Shown here piece by piece: positions 21,310 through 33,545 of a stretch of DNA of 64,000 bases (position 1 is the first letter of the stretch; every line of letters starts with the position of its first letter). A program made the position numbers and the translations under genes. Below the pieces are notes generated by a model. It saw only the letters and a list, made by a program, of their open reading frames with translations. It did no database searches and was not told the DNA's origin. The DNA is taken from contig CAWIAD010000002.1 of the NCBI GenBank assembly GCA_963833985.1, positions 2,656,001 through 2,720,000 on the forward strand, given 5' to 3'. The DNA is from an uncultured Planctomycetaceae bacterium. Its GTDB lineage: Bacteria; Planctomycetota; Planctomycetia; Isosphaerales; Isosphaeraceae.

Positions 21310-21719
21310 TCGCTCCCCCCTCTTTCACCTCGATGGCATGGTTCCGGCTCGAAGTTTTCGGCAGGATACTCCTAACCCCGGATCATGACAACGTTAACCG
21401 CTCCAGCAAGCAGGCTCGGCGGCTACGCCCGCAGGCACCACGTGCTTGCCGGGTGGTCATCGGCCCCGAACTGCTGCGCGTGCCGGCCCCCGATGACGTC
21501 CGGGCAAGTTCCTGGCACGCCTGGCCGCCCGCGCTGACTCCGGAGCCTATCGCGTCTTCGATCCGACTGTTTTCAGATCCGTCCCTGGTCTCGCCACGGT
21601 CCTGGCCTTGCCGGAATTCCTCTCCGGATACACGAACTCTCCGGTCGGCTATGCTGGTATCAGCCGGACGGTCTGCACTTCGATCGGGAAATCTGCCGCC
21701 GGCGCGGAGTCTTACCCGC

Positions 21720-22745
21720 ATGCGCATTGACAATGAGCCCAAGCTTGACTTTGACGATGTCCTGATTCGCCCCAAGCGGTCCGAGGCGCCCACCCGGGCG
21801 AGCGTGGTCCTGGAGCGCGAGTACCGCTTCCTGAACAGCAAGGGAAGCTGGAAAGGCATCCCCATCGTGGCCTCGAACATGGACACCATCGGCACCATGG
21901 CGATGGCCCGGGCGATCAGCCCCGCCATGATGACTTCCCTGCACAAGCATTACCCGGAGGACCGGCTCATCGAATTCTTCCGGGAGCCCGCGCACCAGAC
22001 CAGCGTCTTTTACACGCTGGGAATCAAGGACGAGGAGTTCAACAAGTTCAGAGCCGTGAAGGCCCGGATGGACCTGCGCCTTGTCTGCGTGGATGCGGCC
22101 AACGGCTATACCAAGTACTTCGTCGAACGGGTCAAGCGGATCCGCGAAACCTTCCCGCAGATGACCATCATGGCGGGCAACGTCGCCACGCCCGACATGG
22201 TGCAGGAGCTGCTCATCTCCGGCGCAGCGGATATTGTGAAAATCGGCATCGGCCCGGGCAGCGTGTGCACAACCCGGATCATGACCGGGGTGGGGTATCC
22301 CCAGCTCTCGGCCATCATCGAGTGCGCCGATGCGGCGCACGGGCTGCGGGGGCACGTCTGCGCCGACGGCGGCTGCCGCTCGCCGGGCGACGTCGTCAAG
22401 GCGTTCGCCGCAGGCGCGGACTTCGTCATGCTCGGCGGCCTGCTCGCCGGCGTCGACGAGTGCGAGGGCGAATGGATCGTCAAGGACGGAGAGCGCGCGG
22501 CCCTGTCGTTCTACGGCATGTCCAGCCGCAAGGCACTCGACCGGTACTCCGGCGGCCGGAGAGATTACCGGGCGTGCGAGGGGAGAGAGGTCGAGATTGC
22601 CGCCAAGGGGCCGGTCAAGGAAACCCTCCAGGAGATCACCGGCGGTATCCGCAGCGCCTGTGCGTATGTCGGAGCCACACGCCTCAAGGACCTCTCCAAA
22701 TGCACGACATTCGTCCTCCGGGCCCGTCCGCTGGGCCGGGAATGA
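21720..22745 (+). CDS. guaC: GMP reductase
   Basis: MRIDNEPKLDFDDVLIRPKRS, NMDTIGT, DAANGY, KIGIGPGSVCTTR, FYGMSS; no CBS domains. Confidence 0.95.
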   Translation: MRIDNEPKLDFDDVLIRPKRSEAPTRASVVLEREYRFLNSKGSWKGIPIVASNMDTIGTMAMARAISPAMMTSLHKHYPEDRLIEFFREPAHQTSVFYTLGIKDEEFNKFRAVKARMDLRLVCVDAANGYTKYFVERVKRIRETFPQMTIMAGNVATPDMVQELLISGAADIVKIGIGPGSVCTTRIMTGVGYPQLSAIIECADAAHGLRGHVCADGGCRSPGDVVKAFAAGADFVMLGGLLAGVDECEGEWIVKDGERAALSFYGMSSRKALDRYSGGRRDYRACEGREVEIAAKGPVKETLQEITGGIRSACAYVGATRLKDLSKCTTFVLRARPLGRE

Positions 22746-22776
22746 GGCCGGCGCCAGGCTGTTCCGGCATTCGGTC

Positions 22777-23639
22777 TCAGGCGTGATGCTTGGGCGGCAC
22801 GACTTGGAGGCCGAAGACGCGGCTGGCATGGCCGACATGCCCCACTTCATCGACCGCACGGACCGCCAGGTGATACTTGCCGACAGCCAGCGGTGTGGTG
22901 ATGTGCAGCGCGTACTGGCCGTTCTGAGACACGATGGACGTGCCGATCACCTGTCCCGTGGTCACGTTCACCATCTGGATGGTCGTACCGCTCTCGTAGC
23001 TGCCCACATAGGTCGGCGCGGGCAGCGGCGTGACCGCGACCCGCGGGTTCACCTGGTGGCCCGTGCCCTTGGTGATCGTCGGCGCCCGGGCGCGGGCATC
23101 TGCTGGCCGATCACGAGGGCCAGTTGAAGGATGTACGCATTGTCATTCGTTGCCAGGAACGTGGGGTTGATGCTCGCCGTGTCCACCTGGCTCACGAGCT
23201 GATTGACGGACGTCACAATGTTGGTGAGGCCCGGGTTGGGGGTGTTGGCCGAGATGAGCACCGAGCTGAACAGGTGGTTGAGCCGCTGGGCGTTGGCGGA
23301 GCTGAGCGACGAGGCGAAGACGATGTTCCGCAGGGCCATGTTGTAATCGGTCAGTCCCTGTGGGGGCGGCGGGGTGATCTGCGACATGATCTCGTTCAGG
23401 CCGAGCTGAATCTGGTTGATGGTGATCGGCGGCAGGATCCGGTTCGGCCCCAGCGCGCGCAGATTGATGGGCATCTTCTGGATGCGCAGCTCTTTTTGCT
23501 GGAAGGTGATCGGTAAAGGCTGCGTGGTCGTGGTGTTGCCCAGGAAGTTGAAGCCGCTCCCCGTGGTGGCAAGGAGCATGCGGCCTTCCAGGCCCTCGCT
23601 CGAGGGAAGGAAGCGACGGCGGTGGCGGAGGCGGTCCAT
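22777..23639 (-). CDS. Secreted protein with LEPRxLL-type leader and C-terminal bacterial Ig-like domain; frameshift near 23085
   Basis: SEGLEGRMLLA; C-terminal PTYVG..ESGTTIQ...GQYAL...LAVGKYHLAVRAVDEVG. Confidence 0.65.
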
Positions 23640-23870
23640 CGCGCGGATCTCCAGCGGAGAGAGCGATCTGTTCGCCGGCACAGCGACGCCGGGACAAACC
23701 GGCGATTCCATCATTCCGAGACGCACCAACAATCCCGCGAAATGCAAAGCGGGGATTGGCGTTGCTCGCCAGAAACGACATGCCTGTACAGTCCCCTGCA
23801 TGAGGACCGGCGATGTCATACCACAAGGCCCGTGGCGTGCCTAGAGCGGCTTTGGGCCGGCGGCGAAACG

Positions 23871-25610
23871 GGGTGTAAGACGCGGTTCGCGCCGCCCGAG
23901 GCCGGTGGTAGCATGTCAAGTCAAGTTTCCCAAATTGTCCGTCACCGGAAGTCCAAGGAGGGACCTGCTATGCCTTTCCGTAAGTCACCATCGATGGATC
24001 GCACCGGGGTCGAGCAGATGGCCAAAGGGTGGGGGAAAACTGTGGCGCGACGGGTCCACGAAGAAGTTGGGCCTGACCTGGACCTCGATGCCGACGACAT
24101 GGAACAAATGGCCATGACCGCGGCCTGTGCCGTGGCCAAGGGAACCATCGAGGAACTCCTGAAGCAGAAAGCCTCCCTCTTGGGGGCCGAGCAGCCTTGT
24201 CCCAACTGCAAGCGGCTCTGTCCGGTGCAACGCAACGATCGAACCATTGAATTCTGGGGAGGCAAGGTCACCTACGCCGAACCGAAGTGCCACTGCCCGG
24301 CATGTCGCCGGGATTTTTTTCCCTCAGCGTCCGGCCTTGCGCCTCACGCCACATGACTACAGCCCTTCGGTGCTGCGCAAGATCGTCCGTTGCGGTGCCC
24401 GGGAGCCCTCCTTCCGGGAGGCGGCCGAGGCGATGGCGGAATTGGCCGAGGTGACCATCGGCAGTCGGCAGATCGGCCGCATCGCCCAGGAGGTCGGCCA
24501 ACAATTGCAGGCCGAGAGAGATCAGCATGTGAGCGAACTTCAAGCCCATAAGCTCGAGCCGCGAGTCGAGACACGGCCGGCTCTGGCAGTGGTCGAGGTT
24601 GACGGCGGCCGGCTGCAGATTCGCGGCCAGGGGGAAGGGCCCGGTGCCCATGATGCGTCCTGGCGTGAGGACAAGATCGCGATTCTGGCCACCATGGCCA
24701 ATGTCGTCTCGGACTGCGACCCGGAGCCGGAGTTGCCCGCCTGCTACCGCGACCGGGGATACGTCGAGAAGCTTGTCGGCGGGATCAGCGGGTCGAGCTC
24801 GATGGGCCTACAGGAGGCCCCGGCGGAGAACATCGACGAAGCATCTCTGCCGTCCCCCGGGGATCGGTCCGAGCCGAGGGAAAGGCCCGAACTGGTGGTG
24901 CGGACTTACGTGGCGAGCACCTGCTCCAGCGAGCAATTCGGGCCGATGGTGGCCGCGGAGGCGTGGCGACGCAATCTCATGAAAGCGGCTCATCGGGCGT
25001 TCCTGGGGGACGGCTCGGCCTGGATCTGGAAATTGCAGCAACGGCATTTTCCGACCTTTCTGGCCATCGTTGATTTTCTCCACGCCCTGGGTCACCTGTT
25101 CGCGGCCGCCAAGGCTGCGGCGATCGAGACCGAAGGCCGCTGGGAGTTGTTCCAGGCATGGGCGGAGGCCTGCTGGAAGGGACGCGTGGGCCAGGTGATT
25201 GAGGAACTCCGTACCCTGCGAGATGCCCAGGCGTCCTTATCCGGAGACGAGCTCGAACGGCTGGCCGACGATGACCCGCGCAAGATCATCGCCCAAGAAC
25301 TCGGCTACCTGGAGCATAATCGAGAGCGGATGGACTACCCTGCTTATCGACGCGGGGGATTGCCGTGGACGAGCAGTCACGTGGAGTCGACCGTGAAGAT
25401 CTTCAACCGGCGGGTCAAGGGGTCGGAGAAATTCTGGAGCGACGCCGGTGCCGAGACGATGCTTCAGCTTCGAGCGTCGTTCCTCTCGGAGGACGGACGC
25501 CTGGATCGGTACCTCAAAGAGAGGCCCAGCAGCCCCTTCCGCAACTATAAAGCCAGGGAAACTGGGAAAGCGGCGTAGGACCTCAGAAAAACGAACCGTG
25601 TCTTACACCC
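23871..25610 (+). mobile_element. Complete ISKra4-family insertion sequence, 1740 bp
   Basis: TIRs GGGTGTAAGACGCGGTTCG (23871) and CGAACCGTGTCTTACACCC (ending 25610), 18/19 match; 9-bp TSD GGCGAAACG at 23862-23870 and 25611-25619. Confidence 0.93.
23970..25578 (+). CDS. ISKra4-family DDE transposase in two frames joined at T7-CCC (24314-24323)
   Basis: CPNC...CPACRRDFFP; VEVDGG, LGDGSAWIW, DFLHALGHL, RMDY, SSHVES. Confidence 0.88.
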
Positions 25611-25952
25611 GGCGAAACGGGAAACCGGGCAAAATGAGAGCCAGAGTGGTCCGATCGCGGGGTTTTGTCGCTCAATCCTTGCATTGCCGCTGGCTGCTCC
25701 ACTCTGGCCATGGCGCGTCTCGCGGCATCCCGACTTCCTGGGCACCGGCCATTCGGTGCCGGTCGGCCGCAGCACCAGGATCGGTGACTGGCCCTGTTTC
25801 CCCAACGCCCTGATGCTTCCTGGAGATCGTCCCTGTATCATGGCCCTGGCGACCTGACCTTGCGGCTCTCCTCTCCCGTCCCCGCACTCCACCCCGCCGA
25901 CGCTTCGACCGGTGAAGCCCGGCTCGGCACACCACTTCGGAGACCTGCATTC

Positions 25953-27837
25953 ATGATTGCTGTCGTCAAGAGAAGACTTCTGTTGCTGACCATCTCCACG
26001 TCATTGCTGCCGCTGGCCCTGCGCGCCCAGGAACCGCCGCCGGCCAGGCCCGCCAGTCCTGAAGCCGCCAGGCCGGCCGCGACCGCCGCGGAACCGAAGG
26101 CGGCGACCGACCCGATCGAACGCATCAAGGACCAGGGGCTACATCATTCCCAGGTCATGGCGACACTGTCGTACCTCACCGACGTGATCGGCCCGCGGCT
26201 CACCGGGTCGCCCAACCTGAAGCGGGCCAATGAATGGACCTGCCAGACCTTGACGAAATGGGGGCTTGCCAATGCCCACCTCGAGGCCTGGGGACCCTTC
26301 GGCAAGGGCTGGACGCTGAAGCGCTTCTCCGCCCAGATCATCGAGCCGCAGTGCATTCCGCTGATCGCGTTTCCCAAGGCCTGGTCGCCGTCCACCGAGG
26401 GGCCGTTGGCCGGGCAAGTCGTCTACTTCGACGCCAGGACCGAGGCCGATTTCGCGAAGTTCAAGGGCAAGCTGAAAGGGGCCATCGTGCTGACTGGCCC
26501 GCCGCATGCCGTGTCGCCCGGCTTCGAGCCGATCGCCACGCGCCGGACCGATACCCAGTTGCTCGAGATGGCCGACGCCGACATGCCCGGGGCCGCGCGC
26601 TCTGGCATGGGCGGGCCGCCCGCCAGTCGCAATGCCGGCCAGAACCCGAGCCCGGGCCAGAACGCATCGCCGAATCGCGCCGCCGGAACAGGCCCGCAGG
26701 CGAGCGCCTCGGCGCCCGGCAGGCGCCCCGCCGAGCGCGCGGCGGAACCGCTTCAGTCCCGAGATGCGTGCCCAGCGGGAACTGGCCAGCAAGAAGGCCA
26801 AGTTCCTGGCCGACGAGGGCGCTGCCCTGCTGGTCGATTGCAGCAACCAGGGCGACGGCGGCACGCTTTTCGTTGCCCAGGCCAGCGTGCCCGGCGTCGC
26901 GGCGTTCCCGGTCCCCGGCCAGGCGCAGCAGGCCCGGCGGGTCTCGGCCTGGGACAAGGACGCGCCCAGGATCCCGCCCCAGATCGTGGTGGCCAAGGAA
27001 CACTACAACCGGATGGTGCGGATGATCGAGCAGGGCGAGACTCTGAAGATCGTCGTCGACATCGCGGCCCAGTTCCACGACGACGACCTCATGGCGTATA
27101 ACACCATCGCCGAGATTCCCGGGTCGGATCTCAAGGATGAGGTCGTCATGCTGGGCGGCCACCTCGACTCCTGGCATAGCGGCACCGGCGCCACGGATAA
27201 CGGGGCCGGCTGCGCCGTGACGATGGAGGCCGTGCGGATCCTCAAGACGCTGGACCTGAAGCCCCGGCGGACCATCCGCATCGGTCTTTGGTCGGGCGAG
27301 GAGCAGGGCATCTACGGCTCACGCGCCTACGTGGCCCAGCATTTCGGCAAATCGTCGGATCCCATGGCGGCAATGATGGGCGCGCCCGAGAGTTCCGCGG
27401 CGCGCACTGAAGGCGAGAACGGCAAGGCCGCGCCGGAGCCCAAGCCCGAGTTCACCAGGTTCTCCGGCTACTTCAACCTGGATAATGGCACCGGCAAGAT
27501 CCGCGGCGTCTACATGCAGGGGAACGAGGGCGTCCGGCCGATCTTCCGCAAGTGGCTCCAGCCGTTCCGCGAGATGGGTGCCGCCACCCTGACCCTGAAC
27601 AACACCGGCGGCACCGACCACCTGTCGTTCGACGGCATCGGCCTGCCCGGCTTCCAGTTCATCCAGGACGAGATCCACTACAGTACCAGGACCCACCACT
27701 CCAACCAGGACGTCTACGACCAGATCCAGGCCGACGACCTGAAACAGGCCTCGGTGATCATGGCGGCGTTTGTCTACAACACAGCCATGCTGGACGCGAA
27801 GCTGCCGCGCAAGCCGCAAGCACGCGCGGCCCGCTGA
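25953..27837 (+). CDS. Secreted M28 family (carboxypeptidase Q-like) metallopeptidase; frameshift near 26735
   Basis: [51 protein letters not shown]. Confidence 0.9.
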
Positions 27838-27938
27838 GCGAGTGACCCGCTGAGCGAGTGAGCAGGCGTACGAGCCGGGAGGGGCCGTCGCGAACCTGGA
27901 TGGGGTCGCGACGGCCTTTTCACTGGCGTCGGTCGTCT

Positions 27939-28241
27939 TCAGGCGGCCGAGGGATAGCGCCGCTCCAGGTCGTCAAGGAACCGCTTGATCTGGCGCGTGC
28001 CCGAACGGTGCATGCCCGGAAACTGTTTCTGGAACCAGATCTCGGCCCTGGAAAAGAGACGCGGCCAGAGCGTGACCGCTCCGAGCAGGAGGAACGGACT
28101 GCCCACCGGGCCGGGTAGGAGAATGCCGCCCACGCCGGCGACCAGCAGCAGCACGCCCACTTCTCTGGGCAACTGGCCAATTCGCTCCGGGGGATCATTG
28201 GTCCATGAGGATTCCGGAATACGCGAGCTCCTGGACGCCAT
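27939..28241 (-). CDS. Small membrane hypothetical protein
   Basis: EVGVLLLVAGVGGILLPGPVGSPFLLLG...FLDDLERRYP. Confidence 0.6.
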   Translation of the reverse strand: MASRSSRIPESSWTNDPPERIGQLPREVGVLLLVAGVGGILLPGPVGSPFLLLGAVTLWPRLFSRAEIWFQKQFPGMHRSGTRQIKRFLDDLERRYPSAA

Positions 28242-28292
28242 GATCAGTGCCCCCGGGTCTGGTTTTGCGAGACGGCCCCCCGTCCGCACTTT

Positions 28293-29129
28293 TCAAGATT
28301 CCCTGCGAAACCTGGGCCAGACGCGGTGGCCGCCCGCGGCGACCGGCTCTCGCGCGGTGTCACGGAACGATGCCGCGGCGTGATGCAGCCCACCTTTTCC
28401 CTGGGCAGGGCGTTCTGATTCGCTGGACGAATCCTCGGCGTGGGCGCCGTGCGCGCCGGGCCACCACCACCGGGTGGTCAGGCAGATCGCGAGAATGCCG
28501 ATGCGCAGGGTCCACGCTGCCCAGTGCGGGAAGGCCAGTTCCACCCCCTGGGCCATCCGGGTGCGGTAGAAGACCTCGCAGTCCTGGAGCATCAGGTCGG
28601 CCGCGGTGAGTGCGAGCACGGCAGTACCCACGTAGGCAATCCAGCGATAGCGGCTCATGATCTCCACGATCACAGCGCTCAGGAGCAGCAGCATGGAGAT
28701 AGACAGAAAGAGGCCAAGGATGATGCGGATCGGGTCGGACTGGCTGGCACCGGCGATCGCCACCACGTTGTCCAGGCTCATGATAAAATCGGCCATCGCA
28801 ATGCGCGTGATGGCCTTCATGAGTGAGCCCGGCGGCGGTTTGGTCTCGTCGCCGGCATCGTCGTGCTCGAGGATCAAGCGGCAGGCGATCCAGACCAGCA
28901 TCAGTGCCCCGGCGAACCGCAAACCGGGAAACAGCAAGAGCTGAGCCACGAGCAGCGTGAGGATCACGCGCATCACGATCGCCATGCCGCAGCCCCAGAG
29001 CATGGCCTGACGGCGCTGGGGCGGGGGCAAGAGGTGAGCCGCGAGCCCGATGACGACGGCATTGTCGCCCGAGAGGACAAGGTCGAAGAGAATAATCTTG
29101 AAGATTGAGCCCAGGTAATCCAGCGTCAT
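28293..29129 (-). CDS. TerC family (YjbE-like) membrane protein
   Basis: DLVLSGDNAVVI and ADFIMSLDNVVAIAG motifs. Confidence 0.92.
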   Translation of the reverse strand: MTLDYLGSIFKIILFDLVLSGDNAVVIGLAAHLLPPPQRRQAMLWGCGMAIVMRVILTLLVAQLLLFPGLRFAGALMLVWIACRLILEHDDAGDETKPPPGSLMKAITRIAMADFIMSLDNVVAIAGASQSDPIRIILGLFLSISMLLLLSAVIVEIMSRYRWIAYVGTAVLALTAADLMLQDCEVFYRTRMAQGVELAFPHWAAWTLRIGILAICLTTRWWWPGAHGAHAEDSSSESERPAQGKGGLHHAAASFRDTAREPVAAGGHRVWPRFRRES

Positions 29130-29575
29130 GGGCAAGACCTGCGTTCCAGCAAGGGGCGGTCGGTCATGGGTCCACCTCGACCCGGACGAGCGATCGCCGA
29201 GCCGCCTCGTCCTCTTCGGCTGCTGCTGGCTTCATCGGGTCATGGAAGCGGATGGCTCGTGAACAACGGGCACTTATGCCTGCCGGCATGCACCAAGCCA
29301 GGGCAACCGCCCCTGCCGGCACCTTTTCAGGCCGGCTTTGCCTGGTCGAGTCACGGCAGCCCGTTGCAGCAGCCTCCGCTTTCATTGTGGCGGTGCAGGA
29401 AACACGGATGCAACTGGCGAGTCCATTGCCCGGAGCTTGATCTCGTGCGTGAGGCCCTCAGTCTACAGAATGGAAACCCGAATTCAAACCGCAAGTTGGC
29501 CGCTTGCAACATTCGTGGATTTTGAGGATGTGGCGGGGCCGTCTACCGCCGGGAACCGTCCGTGTGCCGCCAGTC

Positions 29576-30919
29576 TCATTCACTTGCGGATTCCGGATCG
29601 CCGGCCGGGACCCTGTCGACCTGGCTGCGGAAACCACGCGTTTTCCAGGCTCCGTAGGCCAGGCCGGCGGCCAGCCAGGCCAGCCCCGCCCCCTTGGCCA
29701 CGGGCTGGAGGCTCCACCAGAGGTACAGGCAGACGACAAAGCCTGCCAGCGGCGCTGCCAGGTTCACGGTCTTCCTGCGCTCGGCGCGCACGTAGTACCG
29801 CACCAGGGCCGCGAGGTTCACTCCCATGAAGCCGATGAAGGCCCCGAAGTTGAGCAGCTCCGCGCCGAGCTGGTAGCTCAGCGTGAGTGCGCCGAGGAGT
29901 GCAAGCGCCCCCACCAGCAAGATGTTGTTGCGCGGGACGCGGGTGTGCGGATCGACGGCACCGAAGAAGCGGGCGGGGATGGCGTGGTCCCGGCCCATGC
30001 CGTAGAGCAGCCGGCCCGCGGCCAGGTGCGATCCCGCGCCGGAGCCGATGGTGGCCAGCAGCAGGGCCAGGTTCACCGTGAGGAAGAGCGCAGGCCCTCC
30101 CGCCTGGCCGGCGATGAACACGAACGCGGTGTCCACGTCCGGGAAGCCCTCATGCCGCGGCCAGATGAGCTGCGCGGCGTAGACCTGGGACGCGGCCAGG
30201 ACACCGGTCACCAGGCATACCAGCACGGTCGCCAGCAGGATATTCCGCCTCGGGTCGTGAGCCTCTTCCGAAAGCGTCGAGATACCGTCAAAGCCAATGT
30301 AGGTGAGCATCGCGATCGAGGTCCCCGTGGAGATGGCTTTCCACGAGAAGGTCGACGGGTCGTAGAACGGCCGCAGGAAGTAAGCCGCGTCGTGATCGGG
30401 CATTCTCAGGACGAACCGCGCCGCGGCTGCGAAGAACAGGACGATGACCACGCCCAGGCCGGCCGTGATCACCTCGTTGGTGCGCGCACTGGCCTCGATG
30501 CCGCGCAGGTTCAGCAGCGTGAACAGTCCGGAGAAGCCCACTGCCCAGAGGACGAACGGCACCTCGGGCGCCAGGTTCAGCGCCGCCTTGCTGCACCAGA
30601 TCACGCAGATGATCGGGTTCAAAACATAATCAAAAATCATCGACCAGCCGGTGAGGTAGCCCAGCGCCGGGTGCAGCTCGCGGCCGACGTATGTATAGGC
30701 CGAGCCCGCGCTGGGGTAGGCGCGGGCCATGCGCCCGTAACTGATCGCCGTCAGCAGCATGGCCACCATGCCGATGAGGATGGTGGTCACGACATGCCCT
30801 CGGGCCTCCTGGCAGACCACTCCGTAGAGCGGCATGGGGGCCGTCGGCTGGATGAGGACGATCCCGTAGATCACCAGTTGCCTGAGGCCGAGTGCGCGTT
30901 TCAACCCGGCTTCTGGCAC
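29576..30919 (-). CDS. APC family permease (PuuP/YeeF-like)
   Basis: YGRMARAYPSAGSAYTY, YIGFDGISTLSEE, RLLYGMGRD; many TM helices. Confidence 0.92.
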   Translation of the reverse strand: MPEAGLKRALGLRQLVIYGIVLIQPTAPMPLYGVVCQEARGHVVTTILIGMVAMLLTAISYGRMARAYPSAGSAYTYVGRELHPALGYLTGWSMIFDYVLNPIICVIWCSKAALNLAPEVPFVLWAVGFSGLFTLLNLRGIEASARTNEVITAGLGVVIVLFFAAAARFVLRMPDHDAAYFLRPFYDPSTFSWKAISTGTSIAMLTYIGFDGISTLSEEAHDPRRNILLATVLVCLVTGVLAASQVYAAQLIWPRHEGFPDVDTAFVFIAGQAGGPALFLTVNLALLLATIGSGAGSHLAAGRLLYGMGRDHAIPARFFGAVDPHTRVPRNNILLVGALALLGALTLSYQLGAELLNFGAFIGFMGVNLAALVRYYVRAERRKTVNLAAPLAGFVVCLYLWWSLQPVAKGAGLAWLAAGLAYGAWKTRGFRSQVDRVPAGDPESASE

Positions 30920-30974
30920 GCTCGCGTCTCCCTGATGAACACCGAATGCCGGCTCACACCGCCGCGCCGTGCGG

Positions 30975-33313
30975 TCACCGCACCTCGAACCGGTCGGTCA
31001 CCCGGATGTCCTGGGACGATGAGCCCACCAGCACCCGGAACTCGCCCGGCTCGACCACGCGTTTCAGGTTCCTGTCGTACAGTGCCAGATCGTCGGGCGT
31101 CAACCGTAGGGTACAGCGCCTGGACTGTCCCGGATCCAGGAACACGCGCGTAAAGCCGCGCAGTTGCTGCACTGGCGTGGCCACGCTGCCCAGGACGTCC
31201 TCAACGTAAAGCTGCACGGTCTCCGTGCCCGGGTGCCTGCCGGTGTTCGACACCTCGACCTGAAGTTCAATCCCCTCGGACGGCGTGATCGAGTGCGCGC
31301 TGAGGTGCAGCCCGCGATACGCGAACGAGGTGTAGCTGAGGCCGTGGCCGAAGGGGTACAGGGGCGACGGTTCCAGGTCGACATAGGCATGCCCCCAGCC
31401 TCTTTCCACCCACATCCGCTTCGATTTCTTGAAGTTGTAATACACCGGCAACTGGCCCGCATGGCGCGGAACCGTCACGGGGAGCCTGCCGCTGGGATTC
31501 ACCGCGCCGAAGAGGACCTCGGCCACGGCCCGGCCCCCCTGCTCGCCCGGGAGCCAGGCCTCGACCAGGGCGGGCACGTGCTCCGCGATCCAGCGCACGG
31601 CCAGGGCACGGCCGTTGACCAGCACCACGACCGTCGGCTTGCCCGTGGACTGGACGGCCTCGACCAGTTCTTCCTGCCTGCCCGTCAATTCCAGCGTGGC
31701 GGCGTCGTGGCCCTCACCATCGGTGGGCCCGCTCCCCTGGGAATCGTGCTGGTTCTCGCCAACCACGACGATGGCCACATCCGCTCCGGCCGCCGCTTCC
31801 CGGGCCCTGGCAATCTCATCAACGCCGCGTCCCGTCACGTCGCATCCCCGCACGTAGGTCACCTTCGTGCCCGGCGAAACCATCTCCTTGATGCCCTCGA
31901 GGACCGTGACCACGTGCTGCGGGATGACCGTCGGCGCGTAATCGCCCAGCAGGTTCCGCGCGTCATCCGCGTTCGGGCCGATCACGGCGATGGAACCGAG
32001 CGACCTGCTCAGGGGGAGCCGCTGGTTCTCGTTCTTGAGCAAGACGATCCCCTGCCGTGCCGCTTGCAGCGCCAGGCTTTGATGGGCCGGCTGATGCACG
32101 ATCCGCGCGGCACGTTCAGGATCGACCAGCGGGTTCTCGAAGAGGCCCAATCGCAGCTTTTGCTTGAGGATGCGCCGAACGCTGCGGTCGACAAGGCGCT
32201 CGGACACCTTCCCGGCGCGCACGCTGTCGATCAGGTCCCGCATATATCCCGATTCGAACGAGATCCCCACGTCGACACCCGCGGCCAGCGCCATGGCGCC
32301 GGCATCCTTTTGCGTGGCTGCCAGACCCTCGTACACGAGTGTGCCGATTCCCCCGCCTTCGGAGAGTACCAGGCCGTCGAAGCCCATCTCGTCATGCAGG
32401 ATGCGCGTCAGGAGCCAGTCCGAGGCGTGGGTCGGCACGCCATCGACGGCCGGATACGTGGCCATGACGCCGAGTGCTCCGCCGCGCTGGATTCCCGCCT
32501 GCCAGGGAGGGAGGAAGGTTTCGCGCAGGACCCGCTCCGAGACCTCCATGGCTCCGCGCTCCAGGCCGCTCACTGGCTGGCTCTGTCCGGGATAATGGCA
32601 AAGCCCCGAGACGACCTTGTCGGCAGCGGCAAGGTTGTCGCCTTGCACCGAGCGGGCGATGGTCTCGGCGATCCGGCGCACAGAAACGGGTCCTCGCTGA
32701 ACGCTTCCTGATTGCGTCCCAGGCGAGGATCGCGGATCGGCTCGACGACCAGGGTAAAGATCTGGTGCACGCCAATTGCTCGAGCCTCGAGCGCGGCGGA
32801 GGCATAAACCTGGCTGAGCAGATCCATGTCCCAGGTACTTCCCAGTGCTGGGCCCTCCGGGAAGATCGTGGCGCCCGCGCACATCAGGCCGTGCGTTCCT
32901 TCTTCCGTCTCCAGCAGGGGAATGCCCAGGCGCGTTTGCTGCCGCGCCAGCTTCTGGAGCCGGTTCAGGAACTCAGCCTGCTGCCGGGGACCCTGGTGCA
33001 GGATCGTGTTCGGCAGCGTGAAGAAACCGCCGCCCGGTCCGAAGCTTGGCACCAGGGTACCCGCCGCGAACTTCTGCACGGCCTCGGTCTTCGCGGCGAT
33101 GTCCTTGCCCAGCCCGGCCTCGTAGACGCAGGGCATGTTCATCTGTCCGACTTTTTCCTCGAGCGTCATGCGGCCGAGCAGATCGTCGATGCGCCGCTGG
33201 ACCGGCTGGCTGGGGTCGCTGGAGAAGGCTGTTCTGGGTTCCTGCCCGAGAGCCAGGCCGCCGGCCAGAACCGGGGTCAGGAGCAGGGTGATGGTGTGGC
33301 GAAGCCGTGTCAT
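30975..33313 (-). CDS. GH3 beta-glucosidase/xylosidase; frameshift near 32675
   Basis: MTLEEKVGQ, RLGIP, EEGTHG, RDPRLGR, IVLLKN, PSGRLPVT, PLYPFGHGLSYT, Fn3-like end. Confidence 0.92.
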
Positions 33314-33545
33314 GGGCTTTTCTCCTTGGCCCTGGCACACGCTGCGCTCGGTGCGTTCCAGGGCTTCCCGGCACCGTAACAGCTGGTCTGACGGCGTTCA
33401 ATGACCCCGTGCACTGGGGCGTGACTTGTTCGGAGCCGGGCTCTTGAATGTTGGGATGCTCCTGATGCTTGCGCCGGGGCGGATTATAGTGAGGCTGTCC
33501 GTTTCGTTCTTCCCGGTCCCTCCCTGCCGGACGGGAGTCCAGGCT

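Noticed and set aside
27830..27861. 16-bp tandem duplication CCCGCTGAGCGAGTGA at the M28 stop codon
   Set aside because: A simple slippage duplication with no element between the copies and no coding effect.
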